DNA of 64,000 nucleotides, taken from NCBI GenBank assembly GCA_964016885.1, contig OZ024744.1:55862001-55926000 (forward strand). The letters run 5' to 3'. A program made the translations under genes and the position numbers. Positions 51,629 to 63,935 of the stretch are shown in pieces (position 1 is the first letter of the stretch; each line of letters starts with the position of its first letter). A model generated the notes under the pieces. The model did no database searches and was not told the DNA's origin. It worked only from the letters and a program-made list of their open reading frames with translations. The stretch is from Eledone cirrhosa. Lineage: Eukaryota.

Positions 51629-52529
51629 ATGCGATTGGCATTAGGAAGGTCATCCAGCCATAGAAAGCCAGCCAGAAACTCTCCTATATGAGCAAGATGC
51701 AGTCACCCGACCCAGCTTACCTCTAAATGGGACAAACCCGTCTAACTCATGTTAGCGACGATGATATTTAAATCAAGTGATAAATCAAAGTTGATACTTC
51801 AAATCATTTTATTAACATCTATGCACATTTCAATTTTAATATAAACAGGTAATACTATAATATCCTGAGGACATCAATGTAAGATCTAGAGAATGCAAGT
51901 CCCAATGAAAAACAGAAGTCACGGTCAATAAAGTTAGATACTGAAATGTTTTTTTTTCTACAGACACGTGTGCAAAACAGTTGATTAATTGGGCTGACCT
52001 CGCTTGTCTCACAACAGTACAACTCATCTAACCCATGCTAACATGGAAAAATGGATATTAATCGGTGATGATGATATTTATACATATCATCAACATCGTT
52101 TAACGTCCATCTTCCACGCTTGCATGGGTTTGGACGGGAGTTTTCCCACTTGGGGCAAGATTGGTTGTCTTGCTCGTATAGGGCTGTCTGGCGGGTTTTT
52201 AACGGCTGGATGCCCTTCCTAACACCAACCACGTTTACAGTGTGGACTGGGAGGTTTTTACCGTGTTACCTACACGGCCACATATATATATATTTCGTTT
52301 TTTAATTTGTTTTGCAAGATTTCTTATCTGAAAACGTATGTTGAAACATTGTTATACTTTGGTAAGGTCATGCTGCCAATAAAAACACATGCACCTGTTA
52401 GTTTTCACTTCAATTTATTATAAATCTCCAGTTTGGAAATTTATAATAAATTGAAGTGAAAATCAACTGGTGCATGTGTTTTTATTGGTAGCATGACCCT
52501 CCCAAAGTATAACAATATATATATATATA

Positions 52530-52562
<33 letters not shown>

Positions 52563-52872
52563 TCAGCATCATCACCACCATTTAACATCCACCTTCCACG
52601 CTAGCATGGGTAGGACGGGCTGTCCCTTTGTGAGAGATCAGGTTGGAAGACCGTATTTTGCTCACGCAGAACTATTTTTCGCTTGATTTCTACGGCTGGA
52701 TGCCCTTCCTAAAGCCAACCACATTTGCAGTGTGTGCTGGGTGCTTTTTGTCAAGACACCTACATGACCAGTTTACAGTGTAGGCTGGGAACTTTTTGTT
52801 TTTCGCCAACATGACCACTTTACAGTGTTGACTGGGTGCTTTTCTCATGACATCTACATGGCCACTTTATAT
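51625..52872. mobile_element. Cluster of RTE 3'UTR fragments in TA tracts (~51625-51766 +, ~52020-52076 +, ~52086-52283 -, ~52561-52872 -)
   Basis: GGATGCCCTTCCTAA.CCAACC core and/or terminal stem-loop, with GAT/CAT tails. Confidence 0.85.
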
Positions 52873-53004
52873 TATATACACATACATATGTAACGAAGGG
52901 TATTAGTAGTGGTTGTTAGTTGAAATAACAAGAATAGCTTATTTACTTTATATATGTAAAGGTTTACTTCACTTCAGTCAAAAATAACAACAAACAAGTT
53001 ACCA

Positions 53005-54212
53005 CGAGTCTGGTGGTCCCTAAGGAAACTAGGTGTTGAGGAATGGCTTGTGAGGACAGTGCAAACTTTGTACAGAGGTGCTGTCAATAAAGTCAGGGTA
53101 GGAATGGAGTTTAGTGAGGAATTCTAGATACAAGTAGGAGTCCATAAAGGTTCGGTCCTCAGCCCACTCTTGTTCATTATAGTCCTCCAAGCCATAACAG
53201 AGGAGTTTGAAACTGGCTGCCCATGGGAACTTCTCTATGCTGACGATCTGGTCCTTCTAGCAGAATCAGTAGAGGAGCTAGAGAATAAATTCTGGCTATG
53301 GAAACAGCAGTTGGAAGCAAGAGGACTGAGAGTGAATCTAGCTAAGACAAAAGTGTTGATGAGTAGAAAAGAGGACAAAACTGATTCCGCCAGGGAAATG
53401 GCCATGTTCGATATGCAGAAAAGGAACTGGCATAAATTCTATAAAATGCACACAATGCAGATCCTGGGTACACAAAGGTGTAGTGGGATAGCAGGTAAAC
53501 TAACAGGTAGGGAGAAGTACGTATGCAATAGATGTACAGGGAATTTAGACAGCAGAAGTCGCATTGATAGACATATTTTTCCAATGCAGGCGGGTGCTAT
53601 AGAAGTGGTGGATAGCTTCCGGTACCTAGGAAATCAGATTAGCATGGGAGGGGGGGGGTTCCGAGCCCATAGTATCTAGAATAATAACGGGTTGGAAGAA
53701 GTTTAGGGAGCTGCTTCCTCTGCTGACGAAGAAGGGTTTTTCCCTGCGTACGAAAGGCCGGTTATATGATGTCTGTGTGAGGAGCGCTATGCTGCATGGT
53801 AGTGAGACATGGGCAGCAACTGCAGAGGATATGCGACGGCTGGAGAGAAATGAGGCAAGCATGCTCCGTTGGATGTGCAATGTCAATGTGCGAGAACGAC
53901 CCAGCATGGATGTGTTGAGAGAGAAACTGTGTCTGAGAGGGATAGAATGTAGTGTGCGGGAGAGGAGACTGAGGTGGTATGGACATCGAGGATGACCGAT
54001 GGGTGAAGAAGTGCCAGGAAATGCCAGTTGAAGGAAGACGTGGCAGAGGTAGACCTCGAAAAACATGGGCGGAGGTGGTGAGAACAGACCTCAGATCGCT
54101 GAAGCTCACGGTGGAGATGACGAAGGACCGTGACAAGTGGAGAGATGCTGTGCTGAATAAGACCCGTCCCACCCTTGCAAGCAGGGAAAAGCGGACGTAA
54201 AATGATGATGAT
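53005..54212 (+). mobile_element. RTE family B, 5'-truncated copy
   Basis: TGCPWELLYADDLVL, frameshifted PHD-like insert, RLRWYGH and GRPRKTW; very short 3'UTR with a GAT tail. Confidence 0.93.
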
Positions 54213-54354
54213 ATATACACACACACACATAAATATACACATACACACACATATATATATACGCACACACGCACGCACATATATATATATATATATATAT
54301 ATACGCACACATGCATATACACACATATATACACACGGACACAATTATACACAT

Positions 54355-54405
<51 letters not shown>

Positions 54406-54711
54406 ATCAGGCCGTCTACCAGCATTAGGCTGCACAGTCCATCCACTCCTTTCTTTTTATCAATGGTATGGCTGATGAATATATTGCAATGGTAGTTGTC
54501 AACCTAGCAAAATTCTCCTTTACAGTAGCAGAAAATATCAATAATACCGCAATTGGCTAGCTATACTGCACCTTGTGTGTGTGTGCATAGATATGCCGAT
54601 ACTTGTGTAAACGTAGATAGAATGCGCACATATATGAATGCATATTAAACGCAGGTATTAGTGTACTGATTACATCCTTTAGCATGTATATATTAACACC
54701 TGTATATGTGT

Positions 54712-54747
<36 letters not shown>

Positions 54748-54925
54748 GCATACATATATGCATGTATACACGCATACATATATGTACACACACACACGTG
54801 TGTGTGTATCCCGGGTTGAATGTATACACACACATATGCATATATATACACATACATGTATACACATACACGCACACATATGTATACACATACACACACA
54901 CATACAGTGTGTGTGTGTGTGTGTC
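54213..54925. repeat. Compound (TA)/(CA)/(TG) microsatellite region
   Basis: Direct reading. Confidence 0.9.
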
Positions 54926-56810
54926 AATCTATTTCTGCACCTCTCGCTAAATGGTGTCCAAACACCTTGACCACAATGACACTCGTAACAAAGAAGGTTT
55001 TAGTAATAATTTGAAAATCATTGACAATATCATCTCCTTTGATGAAAATGAAAGCATCTCGTTTAATTCAGAGGAACCAGTACTTATATGATGTGCCCTT
55101 GTCGGCTCGTGTGATAATTTGTTTGAGCGGACCATACGAAATGAATGCGTTCAATCAGACAAAATATTTATATTTTCTTCCGAGATCTATATTGTCAATG
55201 ATAGATACCTAACAATTGAAATATCTATTTCCATCTTGTGTTTAAATCATAGCAGAAGTTATAGAATGGAATAAAGCTAATATACTAAACAATTTTTCTT
55301 TCCCATTCTCAAGAAGTATCCTCCCTCCCTCTCGTTCATATTTATAAACTTCCACTACTATAAACAAGCTTGTGTCATTCACCCCACACAAACTACTCAT
55401 CCTCATATAGTGGTTTCTTCTTCCCCTATCTACTAAGCCACAACAGTTCAAACTAAACATATTACCTAATCAATCGCTGTTTATTCAGCTATCCCTCCCA
55501 TTCTAAGAATAATTTATTGTTTCTACTTTTGGCACAAGGCCAGCAATTATCCTAGTGTATTACTGGTACTTTATTTTATCGACCTCGTAAGGATGAAAGG
55601 CAAAGTTAACCTCCGCGGGTAAGAATAATTAATGAATGAAGACAACTTTAGCCCTAATAAGTACCGAAAAAAATACAGCCGGTCAACAATTATGGCCACC
55701 ACTTCTTCCTTTTCGTAACGGCTTAAAAAATAGATTAAATCATGTCGCAAATACTTTTAATTTAAGGGCGGGAAATATATATGATATAAAAGATATGGGT
55801 AATCTAGAAGAAAGATTCTGATAACCGAATGCTGAGAGAAATGTGATTCGTTTTTGACATGTTGCATGTAAAAATGCAATAAAAATGAGAAAGCAGCTAC
55901 AAGTGGAAATATTTTCAGAGAACCATATAAGATTAGGAGACAGGTTCCCGGCGTGCATAAATCGCAGCGACACAGTTAATCTCTTTCTCAGGGCATGAAC
56001 ATATTTCTTTCTCATATTGGCACAAGATTATCAATGGAGGGGGGGGGGGGGATTACTTAACTTGTGCTTTATCTTATCGGGCCCGGAAGAATGAAAGCCA
56101 AAGTTGACCTCAGCCGATATGGCATGAACATTTGTTGTAGCCAAAATAAACCACTATTTCAAAACATTTAAATGGAATTAATACGCTGCTTGTGGCGGAA
56201 TGTTTAAGTTAAGGAATACCAACAGATACACGATATCTACTTGTGTATTGATAGAATCATTAGACAAGACAAGTCTTGTCATAATAAAGAATATTTAAAC
56301 TCTACTTCAGTATTGAGTACTCGTTCCCACATCCGTCAATATTACAAGAATATATATATATATATATATATATATGCATGTATGTGTATAACGTTTACAG
56401 GTATCCGAAACCTATGCACATAAATTTATTTACAACTTAGACAAAAACACGCTATCTCAGCACTCTGGTTAATTCAAACATGCATGTATATACATGCATG
56501 TATATACACACACATGTGAGAGAGTACAGTTGAAAATAGTTATGGGTGTAAAGACAGACAAATAGATATGTATAAACTAGACACACGCACAATAAATATA
56601 CATATTAAACAGACGAAGGGTGGAATATAAAGGTTGATATAAATATATTTAGAGACAAATAGAAATACGAATATAGACATACATATATGGAAATTACTAC
56701 CCTAAGTATTGAGTACTTTGGTGCGTTATGGTCCACCTGGTTCCTTACCACATTTCCTTCGTTATATATATATATATATATACATGAAATAATTGTCAAA
56801 TATAACTCAC

Positions 56811-57036
56811 CTTCTGTATCTACGGTGGGTACAGTCATTTCGTGAACTGATGCTCCATATTTCATGTTTTGTCGGGGCGCTACCTCGAAATAGAAACGGT
56901 CGAACTGTTCGCGGTTCTCACTGACCGATAATTCGTAGGCTGGTTTCATATTTCCCTTCACCATTAGCTCGAAACAAGCTTCGGACTCCGTGAGCCCAAC
57001 AGTTTTCTTAGCATTCTCACTAATGTTCGTGTTCAT
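56811..57036 (-). CDS. HSL-family (Abhydrolase_3) carboxylesterase/lipase, coding exon 1
   Basis: ATG at 57036-57034 opens MNTNISENAKK...EMTVPTVDTE-G, followed by a GTGAGT donor at 56810-56805. The exon is 226 nt (phase 1) and joins exon 2 in frame (G+TT=Val), giving ...TVPTVDTEVGIPISIYIP..., typical of the cap-to-core transition of family IV esterases. Confidence 0.8.
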
Positions 57037-57363
57037 CTTTCTCAAATCGTTCCTGCTGCAGTACTAGTTCGTAGTAGTAGCCCTAACAGAAGCAGCAGTA
57101 GTAATTGATGGCCAACTAGATTCGAAACCTTCCTCTCTCTCTTCTGTGTCTTTTATGTGCTGGTGTTTATTATTTTCTCTTTCTTTTTCTTCAGCCCTCC
57201 TCTTTTTTTTTCTTTCACTTTACCTCACTGTCATTCTCCCTCTCTCTTTTTCTTTTATCTGTCTATAATCTCCCACCTCTTTTCTCTTTTTTTTATCCTT
57301 CGCTTCGGAGAGCTAAATAAATAGTGATAAAGAAGAAAAAAATTCTTCTCTATCACTATTTAT

Positions 57364-58131
57364 GGCGATATCCAATTTTAGCTGTCTAAATGCCGCTTAC
57401 TTGCTGCAGTTGCTGCTTACTTCAATGTATGAGGCTATTCCAACAAATTTACATTCCCCCTTTTCTGGATTTTTTTTTTTTTTTTTTTTTTTTGCGATTT
57501 ATTTGCCACTGGGGCATAGATTTCTTTATTTGCCCCTTTTTTGTTTGTTTGTTTTTTTGCGATTTATTAGCCTTTTGGGGTCACACACACCCCCGTAGAA
57601 AGTGTGTGACCTTTCTGCCAGGGAGTACAGAGAGGGGGGTGCTCCCTTCTTCTCTTACCTGTACAAGCCGATATAGAGAGATGGCCCACTTACACGGGCC
57701 ATTATTGCTACTTTCACCCATCTTTCATGGAATTGGCTGGGACTGAGTGCCTTTTTCGGGTGAAAGTAGCAATAATGGCCCGTGTAAGTGGGCCATCTCT
57801 CTATATCGGCTTGTACAGGTAAGAGAAGAAGGGAGCACCCCCCTCTCTCTGTACTCCCTGGCAGAAAGGTCGCACACTTTCTACGGGGGTGTGTGTGACC
57901 CCAAAAGGCTAATAAATCGCAAAAAAACAAACAAACAAAAAAGGGACAAATAAAGAAATCTATGCCCCAGTGGCAAATAAATCGCAAAAAAAAAAAAATA
58001 AATAAATCTATATTTCTTTTAACGGCTAAAAAAAAGGGGAATGTAAATTTGTTGGAATAGCCTCATACATTGAAGTAAGCAGCAACTGCAGCAAGTAAGC
58101 GGCATTTAGACAGCTAAAATTGGATATCGCC
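57364..58131. mobile_element. 768-bp foldback/MITE with ~360-bp inverted arms and an 8-bp TSD (Merlin- or MULE-like termini)
   Basis: Termini GGCGATATCCAATTTTAGCTG / CAGCTAAAATTGGATATCGCC; TSD CTATTTAT at 57356-57363 and 58132-58139; 38-nt spacer at 57720-57757. Confidence 0.9.
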
Positions 58132-58896
58132 CTATTTATTTAGCTCTTGATCTCTGTTGACCGCTTTTTTATTTTTCTTGGGGAAAGCCGCTATTTCCAG
58201 TTGATTATCATCAATACTGAAATATAGAGATTGACTAAAGAAAGAAAATAGAAAATAAAGCAGGCAAAATTGAAAATCAGAGTATGATTTTGTATGAGTC
58301 TGAGTAAGAAAAACAGGGATGAAGAGAGCGAGATAGAGATGCAGTAAGGAAAAGAGAAGAAAAATACAGATACGTATTTATCGTTTATCTCATCTGGTTG
58401 GTGCGAGTTCTTGGCTATCATACAGTTGATCTTACAATAATAAACATGATTTTCATAGACCTTGCGATCATGAACAGAACACCCCCAACCATTAAGCTAC
58501 GTGCCTTCGCATTATATTTTTATATATTGTGATTAGCTGACCAGAGCAGAATAATGGTGATGGGGATGAGAAAGGGCGAAGTTTCGTGTAGGTTAGTTGT
58601 CATGGACCTATGATTTTGAAGACTGAGGTCTATTCGCTTCAAATCTTAGCTCTTTTATCCTGTTCTGTTAATTTTAAGTACATCATATACACTGTATATG
58701 CGCAAGCATGACTGCGGTTAAGAAGCTCACTGCACAACTATATGGTTTTGGTATCAGTCCCACTGTGTGACATCTTGAGCAACTGTCTTCTGCTATAGCC
58801 ACGGGTTAACCAATGCCTTGTCAAAGAAATTTGGTTGACAGGAACTGTGCGGGAGACCATCGTATAGGCATGTTTACGTGTATGTATGTTTGTATA

Positions 58897-60560
58897 TGTC
58901 AGATCACTCTTGAGTGCTACTGGTAACATGTATCCCAGTACAACCTGTCTCATGGTCGGTCGTTGGCGACTAAACTGGCAACCCCACCAAGGTTTCTTGG
59001 TGAGGAGGGTGACTTTGGACATCCTGCAGGACTAAAAACAAAACCTGTCAAAGGGCAAAGGAGCTCTTAAGAGTCAATGGTCATCCAAAATCACCGGGAG
59101 AGATGACCCCTTAGCCTTTGTCAAGGCAGAATTCTAGGAGAAGGAAAACTCTGATATAACACCTGCAACCCTGATGGTATCCAATGATGTTGACTTGTTC
59201 TTCTTTTTGGTAAATATCATCTTGGTTAAGAGAGTTGGACTGCCTTTGCTCACTATAAAAGCTTCACGGCACAGGCATTGCTTTATATCTGGTACCATGG
59301 GCCCAGCACTATGTGTCAATAATTGTCACAAGTGTAGTGTTTGTACCAGAGTTTTTAAGTCGCTGGCTGGACTAAAAAGTCACACTCGTTCAGCGCATCG
59401 GTAGGGGTTCTCCTACATGGATATAAAGTAGCGGCCGTACTCGAAAACGAGTTGGCAGCCACCATATATATATATATGTGTGTGTGTGTGTGTATACATG
59501 TATGCATGTGTATGAATATGCGCGGGGACATAGAAATAGTCGGACTGGACACCCAATCACGTGGTTAAACCACTGGGAGTGAAGGACCCTAGCCTTTGTC
59601 TGGGCATTCTTCTGGGAGTAGGCAACTCAGGAAACTGGGATAACTTCGACATAAAACCTGCGGCTCAGTAGTTACCGATGATGTTGATCTTTTCTTCTTT
59701 TTGGGTTATAGCTACTGTCGCTCAGAGAGTGGGATTGGCTCAGTGCACAGTCTTTCCTCACTTAAAAAAAAAATCTTCACGTACACGCATTGCACGATAG
59801 AATTAATTAATTATTAATAATGGTATATCGTGCAATGGCCATACTCGATATTGAGGGGGAAGCCATCATGTATGTATTTAGGTATGTATGTATGGTCGCT
59901 CTTCAGCTATACTGATAACATATAGCCCAGTACTACATGTGCATTGTCTGGTCGTCTGCGGCTAAACTAGCAACCCAACTAAACTTGCTTGATGAGGAGG
60001 TTGATTTTGGATACCCTGTGGGATGAAAAACAAAATCCGTCAAACGGTGGAGGAACTCAAGAGAGTCAACAGCCATCCAATAAAGTATTCAGGGTGGGGG
60101 CAGTGGAGTAAGAAACTCCTAGCCTTCATCAAGGCATATCTCTAGGAGAAGGTCACTCTGATATAAAACCTCCAACTTCGTTTGCATCCAATAATTGTTT
60201 CTACTTTTGGCACAAGGCTAGTAATTACCCCAGTGCATAACTGGTGCGTTATTTTATCGACCCCGTAAGGATGAAAGGCAAAGTTAACCTCAGGGGGATT
60301 TGAAATCAGAACGCAAAGGGCCATAACTCTGTGCTGTAAAACATGGTGTCTGATACTTTACTGATACTGCCAATTTTTCCCAATAATGTTGACCAGTTCC
60401 ACTTTTTGGATAAATGCATTCAATGTTCAGAAAGTTGAATTCGTCCTTTGCAAAACCTTTCCTCACTTAAATAAGCTCCAAGCACAGGCATCGCTTGATA
60501 TGTGACATTTTTGCGTTGCGTTGCATGGCATGGCTGGCCATAGCCGAAAAAAGGAATACC
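58897..60560 (+). mobile_element. Three tandem non-autonomous bipartite RTE-type elements (~58897-59464, ~59570-59872, ~59894-60560; the last is interrupted by an S2 SINE)
   Basis: The segment TAGCCTT...TAGGAGAAGG(A/T).ACTCTGATATAA (RTE 5'UTR-like) recurs. The first copy ends with a C2H2 remnant CSVCTRVFKSLAGLKSHTRSAH* and a GGCC.TACTCGA...GAG..GCCA 3' end that the second copy shares. Confidence 0.55.
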
Positions 60561-60644
60561 ACATTGTAACACCTACTGTGAGAGGCCTCCTACATTGCAA
60601 CAAAATCGAGTTTCAACTATCATATATGTATGTATGCATGTATA

Positions 60645-61962
60645 TTTCTCTTTCTCTTAATTTCATGTACATTTTTGACCGGCCACCTTCCTGGTAGCAA
60701 GGTTGTAAAAGAAAAGAAATTGTCATCCTTTGAACCACAAGAATGTTTTGCAAATTTTGAAGATGCCAGCTATCACAGCCATTTGTAGTCTACGAATTAG
60801 GGAGCTGCACTCTTTGTCCACAAATCCAAGTGCAGTCATACTTTGGTCCAAGTGGGTTGGTATATAACTTGTAGCTCCAATAATGAAGGTGTATCTTCGA
60901 TAGTGGATCTGCAAACTCCTCATCAATGCTCCATAGATGTCCTCCTTCTCCTTTTTCTTACAATGTTGACATCAAGTGGGCAGCTGATCTCTATAACAGA
61001 GCACGTTTTCAATGTGTGGTCCCAAACAGCAATATCAGGCCAGTTGTGCTTTAATTTGGTGTCAATTTTTATTTTCAGGTTCCACCAGTATTCTTTAGTG
61101 CCATCTGTCTCAACATATTCCTCCTCATTTGTTTTTAATTTTGTTTTCCTAAGTGCGTTCCAGATGGTTCTAGCTATCACATCGCGTCTCATAGGAAGGT
61201 AGTAGCGAGACGACATTCTTTCACAGTTGGCAACAATGTGGCTTACATATTCGATCTTTGTTTTACATAGCCTACATTTATTGTCGATGGATGGCCCTCC
61301 TCTTTTGTGTAGCAGATATTTGGTAGGTATTTCTTGTTCTTGTATTGCATAGAGATATCATTCAAGGTTTGATGTCAAAAGCTTGTTGGAACATCATGCC
61401 AGGATTTTTGAATGATTTATCCCCATGCACAACTTTCTCTGTAAATTGGTCCATTTTTTTTATCTTGTTCCAGCATTGAATAGGATCTTCTAATGTCCCT
61501 GGGAGAAAGATTTATATCAAGCCTTATTCCATATCTCTCCTCCAGATCAGTGGCTATCCTAATAATATTATTTCCTTCATGTTCATAAACCTAGGCAAGA
61601 TGGTTGCTGGCCTTTTTCTTCTGTTGAAGATGTTGCTTCAGTGTTACTATCCGGGTCTTGTATGATGTTAATATGGATTTTAGACCCAGCCACCTTCCTT
61701 GCGTGAGAAGTATAGCCTATCCACATCACCATTGATGTTAAAGTTACCAGTAACACAGAGAAGCTTGCGAGTTCTTACATCCATCTCACTTAGTTCTTGC
61801 AATGACCAGTTCAGCAGACCAAATGTTGGTGTTAGGATTGGCACAGCATAAGTATTGTGGACATGTATTTGTTGTACGCTGATAGTTCTGATGACCATAT
61901 TTTCTGTAACTCTCCTGAGGTATTCAGTTTTGGTTCTCTCCTTATTTATGGGTCCATCATAT
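60645..61962 (-). mobile_element. R4/Dong-clade (restriction-like endonuclease) non-LTR retrotransposon, 5'-truncated and degenerate
   Basis: NTYAVPILTPTFG..W...EL..MD..TRK, DVDRLY..RKEGG, CCHC knuckle CRLCK...SHIVANC, and RLE motif HN.PDIAVWD...CSVIEISCP.D.N. Both flanks are (TATG)n. Confidence 0.8.
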
Positions 61963-62859
61963 CTGTATGTATGTATGTGCATACGTACATATGTATGTAT
62001 GCCTGACCATGTCTGTTTAACAACTGGTGCTGTTTGTTTATGTCCTGCAATTTAAATGTTTGTCAAATAGAAATTGATAAAATAAATACAAATTTTTTAA
62101 AATATTCAAGTACTGGTGTCGATATCATTATCTAAACCCTTTAAGATGATGTCCCAGCATGACCGCAGTCTAGTAACTGAAACCAGCCAAAGGGTATGTA
62201 TACATCTGTAACCCACTCATAAATCTTATTTATTTAGCAATGATTACTAAAATACGTAATGAGCACTTAAGATGGTGCATATATTCCACATTTGGCCTGG
62301 AACTATTGCCAGCTCTGCATTAACCTGTTAATCAATGCAGTAACACCTGCAAGGGTTGCAGGGTAAACTGCATTACTAATTCCCCTTGCTCAAATACTGA
62401 GTTGTAAATTAGGCAGTCATGATCCAGTAGAATGTCATGAAGATGAGCATCCAAGCATGTCTGTTTGCTTTTATGGCTCCATCATCTACACTCTCATTCT
62501 ATCAGTGTCACTTTCTGTCTTGCTGGGACGTTTCTCTAACCAGTCACCACCTTCTGCCTGGTTGCTGCAAATATATTTGATGTAGAAATGTATGGCAGGT
62601 GAGCTGGGTTGAAACAGAGGAACATGAAGAAAAGAAAGGGAATAATGTAGGAGAACGTGGTGGGGTGCGGTGGTGATGAAAATGGTACTAAACAATGATA
62701 GGGTTGAGTATTGACAGGTCATATATCAGACCCTGCTATATGATTGTGGTGCAGAGGGTTCATTAGATAAATGAGAGGATGGAGTAAAGGAGTATATAGG
62801 TGCAATATACAATACAGTAGAAATGGAGAAAGGTTGAAATTAATAAGTGTATATTGGGT

Positions 62860-63050
62860 GTCTTGCTTACACCAATGGATGGATCAGCTCTAGCACAGCA
62901 TGCCATCAATCATTATTTTCCTTTGTCATCTCCATTGTGAAGTTCAGCTTTCTAAGGTCAATCGTCATCACTTCATCTCTTGTGCTTAGTTTACACTGTG
63001 TACACCCTATGGATTTTCTGTCCACCCTTTTTTGCATATCAAGCAAAGCT
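62860..63050 (-). mobile_element. Internally deleted RTE fragment
   Basis: KRVDRKSIGCTQCKL (PHD-insert remnant) joined directly to DEVMTIDLRKLNFTMEMTK (C-terminus). Confidence 0.6.
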
Positions 63051-63935
63051 ACTTCCTGGACCTCGCTGACAAGATCCTCATCAAGACAGCTGAACCTGAT
63101 GTGGCCCCAGATCTTGAGTAGGCTCTGGCCGATTAGACAGATGAAGGCCACTCTGTCCCCCAGTATACAAACATCCAACATAACTGGGATGACATCGAGT
63201 GCAGGTCTTCCTTCAGGCAGATCGAGTCTGGCTTGGACCATCACTGCCTCACTGGCCTCCGATCCGCTTCACAGTCAAACAATGGTGCATGGCTCAATTC
63301 GGTGCCCTCCTCATCAACCGGTACCCTTCTTAATGATGAGTGCACACGCATCAGAGTGGCCCAATGCCTCAGCCTTTGCATGTGTGAGCCACACAAATGC
63401 CATTGTGGGGCTGTCATTGATAAGTTTGGTCTGCATCCACTGTCATATCACCAGAGCGCGAGCTGGATCCTCTGACATGCCGCTCTCAATAACATATTAA
63501 GAAGGAGCCTAGATGCAGCTGGCTTCCCATCACAACTGTAGCTAGTAGGCCTCATCTGCAAAGACAGTAATCGCCCTGACAGAATCACCCTCTTCCCATT
63601 TGAAGAAGGTAGATCCCTCATTTGGGACGCCATATGTTGTGACATGTTCTCTGCCTCCATCTTAGTTGCTTTAGCTACAAACCCCAGTACTACGGCCCGC
63701 AATGTAAAGGACAGGAAGAGAAACGAATACTGGGGCTCGTCTGGTCGCTTCCTCTTTGCACAGTTTGCCATCGAGACCTCAGGCGTCCTTGGACACTGTA
63801 TTGCCAAGCTCCTCCAAGAAATAAGAACATCAGCAGCTCATCTGAGGGAGGGGCCCCGCAACCTTGGGTGGCTGTTGCAGAAGGTGTCACTGGCCATTGT
63901 CAAGAGATATGCCTGGTCCACGGCACGTAGTCCAA
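63050..63935 (+). mobile_element. CRE-like (RLE-type) non-LTR retrotransposon 3' region, degenerate
   Basis: QHNWD...GAWLNSVPSSSTGTLL, CHCG...GLHPLS, HAALNNIL, RPD.ITLFPF..G..LIWD..C.D and FAIETSG.LG. Confidence 0.72.

Larger units (their letters stand above)
7632..56810 (-). other. Intron 1 of the esterase gene (49,179 bp)
   Basis: GT...AG boundaries with matching phase. No additional host exon was recognised, and none is needed for a continuous protein. Confidence 0.75.

Noticed and set aside
56605-56810. C-terminal part of the 146-aa ORF, and its TTG start at 57045
   Set aside because: The ORF reads through a strong GTGAGT donor into a TA microsatellite; ATG 57036 is the plausible start.
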